IMG/VR virus record: IMGVR_UViG_3300045988_125832 | Coordinates: 1 to 32,654 of that record | DNA: 32,654 nt | Reading direction: 5' to 3' (one strand) | Origin: a virus | Part shown: one piece after another, positions 7,148-13,413 of the stretch | Numbering within the stretch: position 1 is the stretch's first letter | How the letters are laid out: each line of letters opens with the position of its first letter | Notes under the pieces: generated by a model | What the model was told of the DNA's origin: nothing | What the model saw: only the letters and a program-made list of their open reading frames with translations | Database searches by the model: none | Made by a program: the position numbers and the translations under genes

Positions 7148-7462
7148 CTACTGATATTCCGCTTGCAGATTGCCCCATCCGATCTGTCTCGCGACCGATG
7201 TCGGATTGAACGGCGGCACCTTGCGTCCTGCCTTCAATTCCTTCCGATAACGAAGGAAATCAACAAAGGCAAGATAGTTGACATACGTCACGCCGCAGCC
7301 GTCCAGGATTGTGTAGTTCCCGTATCTTCCACGTTGCACATACTCGTCAATTTCCGCAAGCCGGTTCGATACCGTCCGTGCAGATATATCAAGTGACTTC
7401 ATGATCTGCGCTTTGGTCACGTAAGGCGAAGCGCTGATGTACTTGATCGATGTTATCTCCAT
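7148..7462 (-). CDS. HTH DNA-binding protein (early regulator or excisionase-like)
   Basis: HTH-like TKAQIMKSLDISARTVSNRLAEI. Start moved to ATG 7462 (AGGAAG 8 nt upstream). Confidence 0.5.
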   Translation of the reverse strand: MEITSIKYISASPYVTKAQIMKSLDISARTVSNRLAEIDEYVQRGRYGNYTILDGCGVTYVNYLAFVDFLRYRKELKAGRKVPPFNPTSVARQIGWGNLQAEYQ

Positions 7463-7499
7463 GCTCCTCACTTCCTTTCTTTTTCTTTAACCGTCAGTT

Positions 7500-7547
7500 G
7501 GTGACAAGATGTCACCGACTCAACCCAACCGGTGACATCTTGTCACC
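7500..7547. promoter_or_regulatory. Two operator-like 17-bp sites GGTGACA-N3-TGTCACC
   Basis: 7500-7516 ggtgacaagatgtcacc and 7531-7547 ggtgacatcttgtcacc are exact reverse complements of each other, 31 bp centre to centre. Confidence 0.5.
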
Positions 7548-7550
7548 AGT

Positions 7551-7835
7551 TCAACTATCTTCGTTTTCCATCTTCAACTGCTTCAGCTGGTCAACCAGCA
7601 CCGCCCGTGTCTTATCGATAAGTCGAATATTATCTTCAATATCCTTTGCCTTTTTTGCTCTTGGATACATATCATAGAAGATCACTATCCCGAAGCTCTT
7701 ATACAGTTCCGCAACCTCTTCCTTCCCGGATGTATTCCGAATTGCCGGATGCCACATATAGACCTCTTCGATCAGCTGATACTCTTCATCCATGACAGAT
7801 CCGCCGATCATCTCTTCAAATTCACTCTTTGTCAT
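7551..7835 (-). CDS. Hypothetical early protein
   Basis: ORF with AGGAGGA 10 nt before the ATG at 7835 (the ORF-track start at 7844 is too close to the SD). Confidence 0.55.
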   Translation of the reverse strand: MTKSEFEEMIGGSVMDEEYQLIEEVYMWHPAIRNTSGKEEVAELYKSFGIVIFYDMYPRAKKAKDIEDNIRLIDKTRAVLVDQLKQLKMENEDS

Positions 7836-7914
7836 TTCCCTCATATCCTCCTGTTTATAGTTTGTCTCCGAAAAATTTTTTTAATAGACGCTTCTTCTGT
7901 TGCCTCCCGTCTGC

Positions 7915-7943
7915 TTGACTATTTCTCCCACAGCTTCTATACT
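7915..7943 (+). promoter_or_regulatory. Promoter P1: TTGACT-17-TATACT
   Basis: -35 at 7915-7920 and -10 at 7938-7943 with an exact 17-nt spacer. Paralogous to P2. Confidence 0.65.
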
Positions 7944-7988
7944 TTCCCTACAGGTTCCTGCCAGAACCGAGTAAATATGAAAGGGGGA
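7936..7988 (+). repeat. 53-nt promoter/leader repeat, copy 1 (hairpin 7953-7957/7964-7968 + AAAGGGGGA SD)
   Basis: 49 of 53 positions match 8482-8534. Two of the four differences are compensatory within the hairpin. Confidence 0.85.
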
Positions 7989-7996
7989 AATTCTAT

Positions 7997-8188
7997 ATGC
8001 CAACTTCTGATTCTTTATACACATTTCCGTCTAATCAGCAGGAAGCATTAGCTATGCTCTATCTCCAGAATCAGGACTTATCTGGTTTAACGCCGGCACA
8101 GCTTGCCGATAAGTACAACTCTGTTCGCGATGAGATCAAACAACGCTTCTCAGAAATTCGTGCAGAAAAGCGGAAAGGCATGTACTAA
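7997..8188 (+). CDS. Hypothetical 63-aa protein expressed from P1
   Basis: ATG is 8 nt after AAGGGGGA, with a dedicated promoter and terminator. Confidence 0.6.
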   Translation: MPTSDSLYTFPSNQQEALAMLYLQNQDLSGLTPAQLADKYNSVRDEIKQRFSEIRAEKRKGMY

Positions 8189-8196
8189 TTACACTT

Positions 8197-8229
8197 GCCT
8201 ATATCGCATATTGCGGTATAGGCTTTTTA
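8197..8229 (+). terminator. Rho-independent terminator for the P1 transcript
   Basis: Stem gcctatatcgc / gcggtataggc (one G-U pair), followed by ttttt at 8224-8228. Confidence 0.65.
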
Positions 8230-8415
8230 TAATGCTCTCAACATAGCTGCTTTTGCATTGATCAGCTGTGCAACTGCATCCACTACATCTGCATATCTCT
8301 CATCTTTTTTTGCATCAAGATTCCGTATCTGCTGACATACCGATATAATCGTTGCATCGATTTCTATATCAACTTTCTGCAGATTCATTTGTGCTTCTGT
8401 TTCTTTCATCGCCAT
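8227..8415 (-). CDS. Hypothetical 62-aa early protein
   Basis: ORF with GGAAGGAGG. Start moved to ATG 8415. The 16-nt RBS region 8421-8436 is identical to 9106-9121. Confidence 0.5.
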   Translation of the reverse strand: MAMKETEAQMNLQKVDIEIDATIISVCQQIRNLDAKKDERYADVVDAVAQLINAKAAMLRAL

Positions 8416-8460
8416 ACTCACGCCTCCTTCCCTTTGTCCTGCTTCCTACGTGTTTCCCTA

Positions 8461-8489
8461 TTGACCATTTACACATCCACCTCTATACT
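8461..8489 (+). promoter_or_regulatory. Promoter P2: TTGACC-17-TATACT
   Basis: -35 at 8461-8466 and -10 at 8484-8489 with an exact 17-nt spacer. Confidence 0.65.
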
Positions 8490-8534
8490 TTCCTTACAGG
8501 CTCCCGCCAGAGCCGAGTAAATATGAAAGGGGGA
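8482..8534 (+). repeat. 53-nt promoter/leader repeat, copy 2 (hairpin 8499-8503/8510-8514)
   Basis: See copy 1. ggttc/gaacc becomes ggctc/gagcc. Confidence 0.85.
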
Positions 8535-8541
8535 TTTTTCT

Positions 8542-8829
8542 ATGGTTATTGGTACAACTGAATTGATTAAATACCTTGATAGTGTCTGCCAAAACAATGC
8601 GGAACTGTTACATAACCAATTTCAAAAAATATGTCAGTACTCCAATAATGAGGTTGAGTTATGCCATAATGTTATGAATGAAGCCATCAATTTTTCGATG
8701 AAGCTATCAGTTTTGACAGTTCTTGATTTGATGTCCAAACTGGAACTATTGGATATTCAGCTTGATGATCCGGAGTCGACGCCTTTACACTTGGTTTGGG
8801 ATTCTGATCATCCTGATAAATTTGATTAA
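8542..8829 (+). CDS. Hypothetical 95-aa protein expressed from P2
   Basis: ATG is 7 nt after AAAGGGGGA, with the conserved promoter/leader. Confidence 0.55.
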   Translation: MVIGTTELIKYLDSVCQNNAELLHNQFQKICQYSNNEVELCHNVMNEAINFSMKLSVLTVLDLMSKLELLDIQLDDPESTPLHLVWDSDHPDKFD

Positions 8830-9094
8830 GCTCTACGGCAAGCCCCTCTGACTTGGCTATCCCTTTTGCAGTGGTTCTTTCAGCCTCAGAGCAAAAAAAC
8901 TTTATTTGGGAATCTATGTAATTACATATATTCTTTTTATATAGATTCCCTTTGTGCTTCAGGATTTCTTCCCTAACGGGTGGACTGAATTCAAATGCTA
9001 CGCTTGATATCTGCTTTGATATTGCAGGAAGAATCTCCTTATACAAAATTGAATCCATCATGTTCAAATCTTCTATATGCTTTGAATCACTCAT
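8687..9094 (-). CDS. Hypothetical 135-aa early protein
   Basis: ORF downstream of the cro-like gene with GGAAGGAGG upstream. Its 3' end overlaps 8542..8829 by 143 nt. Confidence 0.5.
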   Translation of the reverse strand: MSDSKHIEDLNMMDSILYKEILPAISKQISSVAFEFSPPVREEILKHKGNLYKKNICNYIDSQIKFFCSEAERTTAKGIAKSEGLAVELNQIYQDDQNPKPSVKASTPDHQAEYPIVPVWTSNQELSKLIASSKN

Positions 9095-9238
9095 CTTCCT
9101 ATTCTCGCCTCCTTCCCTTTGCTCCGCTGCCTCCTGTTATGGTTCTACATGTGTAGTAAGACGACATCGAACAGAAAAAACACTATAAATGAGATTTTTT
9201 TCTAAAATTTTTCTTTTGTTCTGCTTCCGTATCAAATT

Positions 9239-9472
9239 CTATATAGAATTTACGGTTTTATCGTAATCTAAAGGTAAAAAAATAAGTCGATTATATGGCA
9301 CTCCATATAACTCCTCAATTCTTCGAATGATCGGAACATCAGGATAGCTCTTCCCTCTTTCATAATTTCCAAGCGTATCCTTGCTTATACCAATGAGTTT
9401 TGCTGCTTCTTCCTGATTATATCCCTTTAATTCTCTAGCCTGTTTTAACGTCATTGCAACCGGAAAATCCAC
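9239..9472 (-). CDS. Cro-like XRE-family HTH regulator
   Basis: HTH QEEAAKLIGISKDTLGNYERG. GTG start 8 nt after AAGGAGGA. Divergent from the repressor gene. Confidence 0.8.
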   Translation of the reverse strand: MDFPVAMTLKQARELKGYNQEEAAKLIGISKDTLGNYERGKSYPDVPIIRRIEELYGVPYNRLIFLPLDYDKTVNSI

Positions 9473-9486
9473 AATTTTCTTCCTCC

Positions 9487-9558
9487 TTTCGTAATTTTCA
9501 AGTGTATCTTACTACGCTTTAACCGTAATGTCAACGTTTTTTCGTAATTTTTTCAATT
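9487..9558. promoter_or_regulatory. Three operator-like repeats CGTAAT-N3-6-TCAA in the switch region
   Basis: tttcgtaattttcaa (9487-), ccgtaatgtcaa (9524-9535) and tttcgtaattttttcaa (9540-). The middle one overlaps the -35 of the cro-side promoter. Confidence 0.45.
9506..9534 (-). promoter_or_regulatory. Early (cro-side) promoter TTGACA-17-TAAGAT
   Basis: On the minus strand the -35 is at 9534-9529 and the -10 at 9511-9506, with a 17-nt spacer. Confidence 0.5.
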
Positions 9559-9562
9559 TATA

Positions 9563-9591
9563 TTGATTTTTTTACGTTTTAATCTTATACT
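9563..9591 (+). promoter_or_regulatory. Repressor-side promoter TTGATT-17-TATACT
   Basis: -35 at 9563-9568 and -10 at 9586-9591 with a 17-nt spacer. Same -10 hexamer as P1 and P2. Confidence 0.5.
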
Positions 9592-9613
9592 AACATCCAA
9601 GGAGGTGATTTTT

Positions 9614-10246
9614 ATGGGTAGTCTTGGTAATAAACAAATTATGGCCAGGAACATACAGTACTATATGTCCTTACATCATAAAGATAGAAACGATATGTGT
9701 GAGGCATTGGGGGTTAAATATACTACCTTTACGGATTGGGTTAAAGGAAACTCTTATCCAAGAATTGATAAGATAGAACTTATGGCTAATTATTTTGGAA
9801 TTAGCAAATCTGATCTAGTCGAGGAACATTCTTCTCAATCCAATAGTACTAAAGGGCGCACTATCAATGTTCTTGGCCGAGTCGCTGCAGGTATTCCTAT
9901 CAATGCAATTACTGAAATAATCGACACCGAAGAGATATCTGAAGAAATGGCCAAGACTGGTGAATACTTTGGCTTGAAGATCCGTGGTGATTCTATGGAG
10001 CCGCGCATCTGCGATGGCGATGTTGTAATTGTTCGCCAACAGGACAATGCAGAATCCGGAGATATTGTAATTGCTATGGTCAATGGGGACGATGCGACAT
10101 GTAAACGATTAGTCAAATACGCATCCAGCATCGCACTTGTTTCTCTCAATAGCAAGTATGAACCTATGATGTTTACAAATGAAGAGATAATGTCCAAGCC
10201 GGTACGTGTGATTGGTAAGGTAGTTGAATTAAGAGGAAAATTTTAA
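9614..10246 (+). CDS. CI/LexA-type phage repressor (XRE HTH + S24 peptidase)
   Basis: N-terminal HTH, with GDSMEP (Ser) and CKRL (Lys) autocleavage motifs. ATG 9614 lies 8 nt after AAGGAGGTG. Confidence 0.9.
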   Translation: MGSLGNKQIMARNIQYYMSLHHKDRNDMCEALGVKYTTFTDWVKGNSYPRIDKIELMANYFGISKSDLVEEHSSQSNSTKGRTINVLGRVAAGIPINAITEIIDTEEISEEMAKTGEYFGLKIRGDSMEPRICDGDVVIVRQQDNAESGDIVIAMVNGDDATCKRLVKYASSIALVSLNSKYEPMMFTNEEIMSKPVRVIGKVVELRGKF

Positions 10247-10268
10247 TCCATAAAGGGGGACTTTTATT

Positions 10269-10547
10269 ATGTTTAACAAAGAATCTAAAGAAGAAAAAGA
10301 TGCCAGAAAAACAGCCGAGCTCATGCAGAAGTATGGCTTAGACTATATATCCGAAAAAGATAAAGAATCAATCAGAAAAATTCTAAGTAATCTGGTTGGA
10401 ACAGGTATGATGAAAACAGGTGTTAGTTTATCTCTTGGAAAGCCAGAAGAACAGGTTAAGATGGCATATTTATATGCTCTTATGGAACAAAACTGGATCA
10501 TTATCCGCCAATTGGACAGAATATCTAATTTACTAGATAAAGATTGA
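10269..10547 (+). CDS. Hypothetical 92-aa protein, first gene after the repressor
   Basis: AAAGGGGGA SD, 22 nt after the repressor stop. No TM segment seen. Confidence 0.6.
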   Translation: MFNKESKEEKDARKTAELMQKYGLDYISEKDKESIRKILSNLVGTGMMKTGVSLSLGKPEEQVKMAYLYALMEQNWIIIRQLDRISNLLDKD

Positions 10548-10589
10548 TATCATCATATACACATTATTCTTACAAAGGGGGATTTTATT

Positions 10590-11036
10590 TTGGATATTAA
10601 TGAATATATGAAATCACGAGTAGACGATCAAATTGAATGGTACGATAAGAAATCCGTAAAATGTCAGAGATGGTATAAGTTTTTACAAGCGATAGAAATT
10701 ATAATAGCCGCGAGCATTCCTGTTTTATCTGGTTATACAAGCCAATGTTTTACTATTCCTATAATAATTGGTGTCGAAGGTGCTGTTATTACAATAATCG
10801 AATCTCTCACCAAATTATATAAGCATCATGAAAACTGGATTGAATATCGAACCACTTGTGAATTATTACGCTACCAAAAATATTTATACATTACAAAATC
10901 AGCACCATATAATGATGAGCCTGAAAGTATTGATAATATTTTTGTAAGGAATATTGAAAATATCATATCCTCCGAAAACAATAAATGGAAAAACATTAAC
11001 ATCAAAGAAGCAGCAGAAAATAAATCTGCTAATTAA
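10590..11036 (+). CDS. 2TM SLATT/DUF4231-like membrane protein
   Basis: TTG start 7 nt after AAAGGGGGA. Helices [19 protein letters not shown] and [20 protein letters not shown] are followed by W.EYR..CELL..QKYLY. Confidence 0.7.
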   Translation: MDINEYMKSRVDDQIEWYDKKSVKCQRWYKFLQAIEIIIAASIPVLSGYTSQCFTIPIIIGVEGAVITIIESLTKLYKHHENWIEYRTTCELLRYQKYLYITKSAPYNDEPESIDNIFVRNIENIISSENNKWKNINIKEAAENKSAN

Positions 11037-11226
11037 CTCTTTGATATGTCTTTTCAAATATATCTGGTTTGCAAGGATATTGTTCACCGTTCACTCCTGT
11101 GATAATCCAATCTCCAGGAGAAGCGGTCATTCTTCCTTCCATGGTATTGATAATTAATTCTACATCTGTTTGATAAGCTTCGACAATTACAGGTTTCTTT
11201 TGAAATTTTTGTTTACAAGATTTCAT
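11029..11226 (-). CDS. PGDYG-family small phage protein
   Basis: [10 protein letters not shown]...[27 protein letters not shown] matches my memory of the PGDYG signature. GGAGG SD 7 nt upstream. Confidence 0.7.
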   Translation of the reverse strand: MKSCKQKFQKKPVIVEAYQTDVELIINTMEGRMTASPGDWIITGVNGEQYPCKPDIFEKTYQRVN

Positions 11227-11260
11227 ATAGACGCCTCCTATTCAGAAAGGGGATTCACAA

Positions 11261-11677
11261 ATGACTACATATAATATTTTTATCAGTCACGCTTGGAAAT
11301 ATACCGAGCATTACAACAAAATTGTCCAATGGCTCAACGAAGCACAGAATGAAGGAAAGTTTAATTGGAAAAATTACTCTGTTCCCGAACATGATCCACT
11401 TATTGATCCTGATAGTTCAGAAGGAAAAGATGAGTTAAAAGCTGAACTTAAAGATCAGATCAGACCTGCATCTAAAGTCATTATTCTCGCAGGCATGTAT
11501 GCTGCTTACAGCGATTGGATCGAGTATGAGTTGGATACAGCCGTTGATACGGATAAATATATCATCGGCGTAAAACCTTGGGGACAAGAGCGTATTCCAA
11601 CTATTATATCAAATAACTCCGATGTTCTTGTCGGTTGGAACAAAGACTCAGTTATTAACGCAATTTTAAATTCGTAA
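11261..11677 (+). CDS. TIR-like protein (DUF1863 / ThsB-type)
   Basis: YNIFISHAW.Y..HY..., SDWIEYELD, IIGVKPWG and VGWN match the family layout. GAAAGGGGA SD. Confidence 0.75.
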   Translation: MTTYNIFISHAWKYTEHYNKIVQWLNEAQNEGKFNWKNYSVPEHDPLIDPDSSEGKDELKAELKDQIRPASKVIILAGMYAAYSDWIEYELDTAVDTDKYIIGVKPWGQERIPTIISNNSDVLVGWNKDSVINAILNS

Positions 11678-11714
11678 ATTTATTATAACAGATGTAGATA
11701 ATTATAACAAGCAG

Positions 11715-11743
11715 TGCTCCCTGGTGCTCTAGCACCGGGAGCA
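11715..11743. other. Strong hairpin after the TIR-like gene (no clear U-tract)
   Basis: tgctccctggtgct / agcaccgggagca, about 12 bp with one bulge. Confidence 0.4.
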
Positions 11744-11833
11744 TGCTATAAACAAACAATATAATACACTTAACCGGGCAGCCGAGAGGTGTTACACCAT
11801 ATCCGTTCGAGTCTTGGAAGGGAGTGGTGCCTT

Positions 11834-11911
11834 ATGAGTACATATGAGGAATTCATGGTGTTACTTACCATTGCAATACTTATTGTAACGATTCTGAATC
11901 ATAGAAAGTAA
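11834..11911 (+). CDS. 25-aa holin-like toxin (Hol_Tox-type) peptide MSTYEEFMVLLTIAILIVTILNHRK
   Basis: GGAAGGGAG 9 nt upstream. Single hydrophobic helix with a basic C-tail, followed immediately by a terminator. Confidence 0.55.
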   Translation: MSTYEEFMVLLTIAILIVTILNHRK

Positions 11912-11952
11912 GAAAAACACCTCAGCCGGTCAAGCACAAGGTGTTTTTCTTT
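11912..11952. terminator. Bidirectional rho-independent terminator
   Basis: gaaaaacacc (11912-11921) / ggtgtttttc (11940-11949). A/T runs on both sides. Confidence 0.65.
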
Positions 11953-12056
11953 GAATAGTTTGCCGGACGGATAGGTCGTATCTATCGCTCGGCTGTCTTG
12001 TTAAGTGTATTATATGCTATTTGGTTGATTTTTTCAACCCCAAATCACCTGCAGTT

Positions 12057-12072
12057 GTTGCACCGGTGCAAC
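12057..12072. repeat. Perfect 16-bp palindrome GTTGCACCGGTGCAAC, copy 2 of 3
   Basis: Exact string followed by TTTT. Intergenic, 175 nt upstream of the integrase ATG. Confidence 0.95.
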
Positions 12073-12247
12073 TTTTACAACCAGGGTACAGATTGTACCT
12101 TGCTTCATAACTTCATAACAAAAAGAATCCCCCGTGTTGGCGCACGAGGGACTCAGATACACCATCTAAGGGGATGGCATACATAAAACATACAAACATA
12201 TTATACCATCCCCTTCTTTAATTTACAATTAAAAGGAGGGATTTTTT

Positions 12248-13372
12248 ATGTGGTGTGAACCTAGAAAAAATGGAGTAGTTTATCGTGAGCGGTACAAGGA
12301 TCCTTTGACTGAGAAAAATAAGGTTGTTACAGTTTTCAAGTCTAAGGATACTGCTCAAAATCGTAACAAAGCCCAGCGTGAACTTAATGCAAAGATTGAA
12401 GCAGCCATTGCAGAACTTCAATGTGATGATTGCTCAATTACGCTATCTCAAATGCAAAAAGAATACCTGAAAGCTCAATCGGTTACTTTCAAGCAATCGA
12501 CCGTGAAAAGGAATCAGATTATTACTTCATCTGTTATTGATTTACTTGGTGCTGATGCGATAGTAGATAACCTTACGACTCAATTTGTAAATTCAAGGTT
12601 GCTCGGATCCGGAAAACAGGTTAGTACTCTTAATACCTATATTACACGGTTCAAGGCACTCCTTAATTGGGGATACATAAACGACTACCATAACAACATG
12701 AAATTGATCGCAAAGCTCAAACCATTTGTAGATCCAGCAGATGATAAAGAGATTACATCGAAATACTTAGAACCGGCAGAAGCCCAAAAACTTCTTGACT
12801 ACATCAAACAGGATAAAAGCTGGCACTGGTACTATGCAACTTCAATATTAATACTCACAGGCTTGCGTTTTGGTGAACTTTCAGCATTAGAGATACCTGA
12901 TATCGATACAAAGAATCTCACAATACGGATATCAAAGACATATGATTCAATCAATGATATTGTGACAACTCCGAAAACAGATAACTCCAAGCGCACGATT
13001 CACATCCAGCCAGATTTACTACTTGAACTAAAGAAGTGCTTGCTCTGGAGAAATGAAATGATGCTTGCCAATAATATTCGATCAGGTCTCCTGATTCCAA
13101 ATGTCAAAGCAGGAGAACATATGCATATAGCTGGCTATGAAAAATACCTACGTGTGACCTCCGAGAAACTTCTTGGCAGACATGTGACACCTCATATGCT
13201 TCGACACACACATGCATCTCTTCTTGCTGCAAATGGAATGACTCCGGACGAGATTGCCCGCCGATTAGGGCACAGTAAATCTACAATCACAAGCAAGATC
13301 TATATTCATGTTACACAAAAAGTTATCGAAAATGATAACCGGAAGATTGATCAAATAAAACTGTTTTCATAA
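12248..13372 (+). CDS. int: Tyrosine recombinase / phage integrase
   Basis: LTGLRFGEL (Arg), HMLRHTHAS (HxxR) and LGHSKSTITSKIYIHV (His, Tyr). AAAAGGAGGG SD. Confidence 0.92.
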   Translation: MWCEPRKNGVVYRERYKDPLTEKNKVVTVFKSKDTAQNRNKAQRELNAKIEAAIAELQCDDCSITLSQMQKEYLKAQSVTFKQSTVKRNQIITSSVIDLLGADAIVDNLTTQFVNSRLLGSGKQVSTLNTYITRFKALLNWGYINDYHNNMKLIAKLKPFVDPADDKEITSKYLEPAEAQKLLDYIKQDKSWHWYYATSILILTGLRFGELSALEIPDIDTKNLTIRISKTYDSINDIVTTPKTDNSKRTIHIQPDLLLELKKCLLWRNEMMLANNIRSGLLIPNVKAGEHMHIAGYEKYLRVTSEKLLGRHVTPHMLRHTHASLLAANGMTPDEIARRLGHSKSTITSKIYIHVTQKVIENDNRKIDQIKLFS

Positions 13373-13413
13373 TTTTTGCCCACTATCTGCCCACCTAGAC
13401 GATTTTTAACCAT

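Noticed and set aside
9835-10197. 120-aa minus-strand ORF inside the repressor gene
   Set aside because: It is antisense to a repressor gene with clear HTH and S24 motifs, has no SD, and gives a Ser/Ile-rich product.
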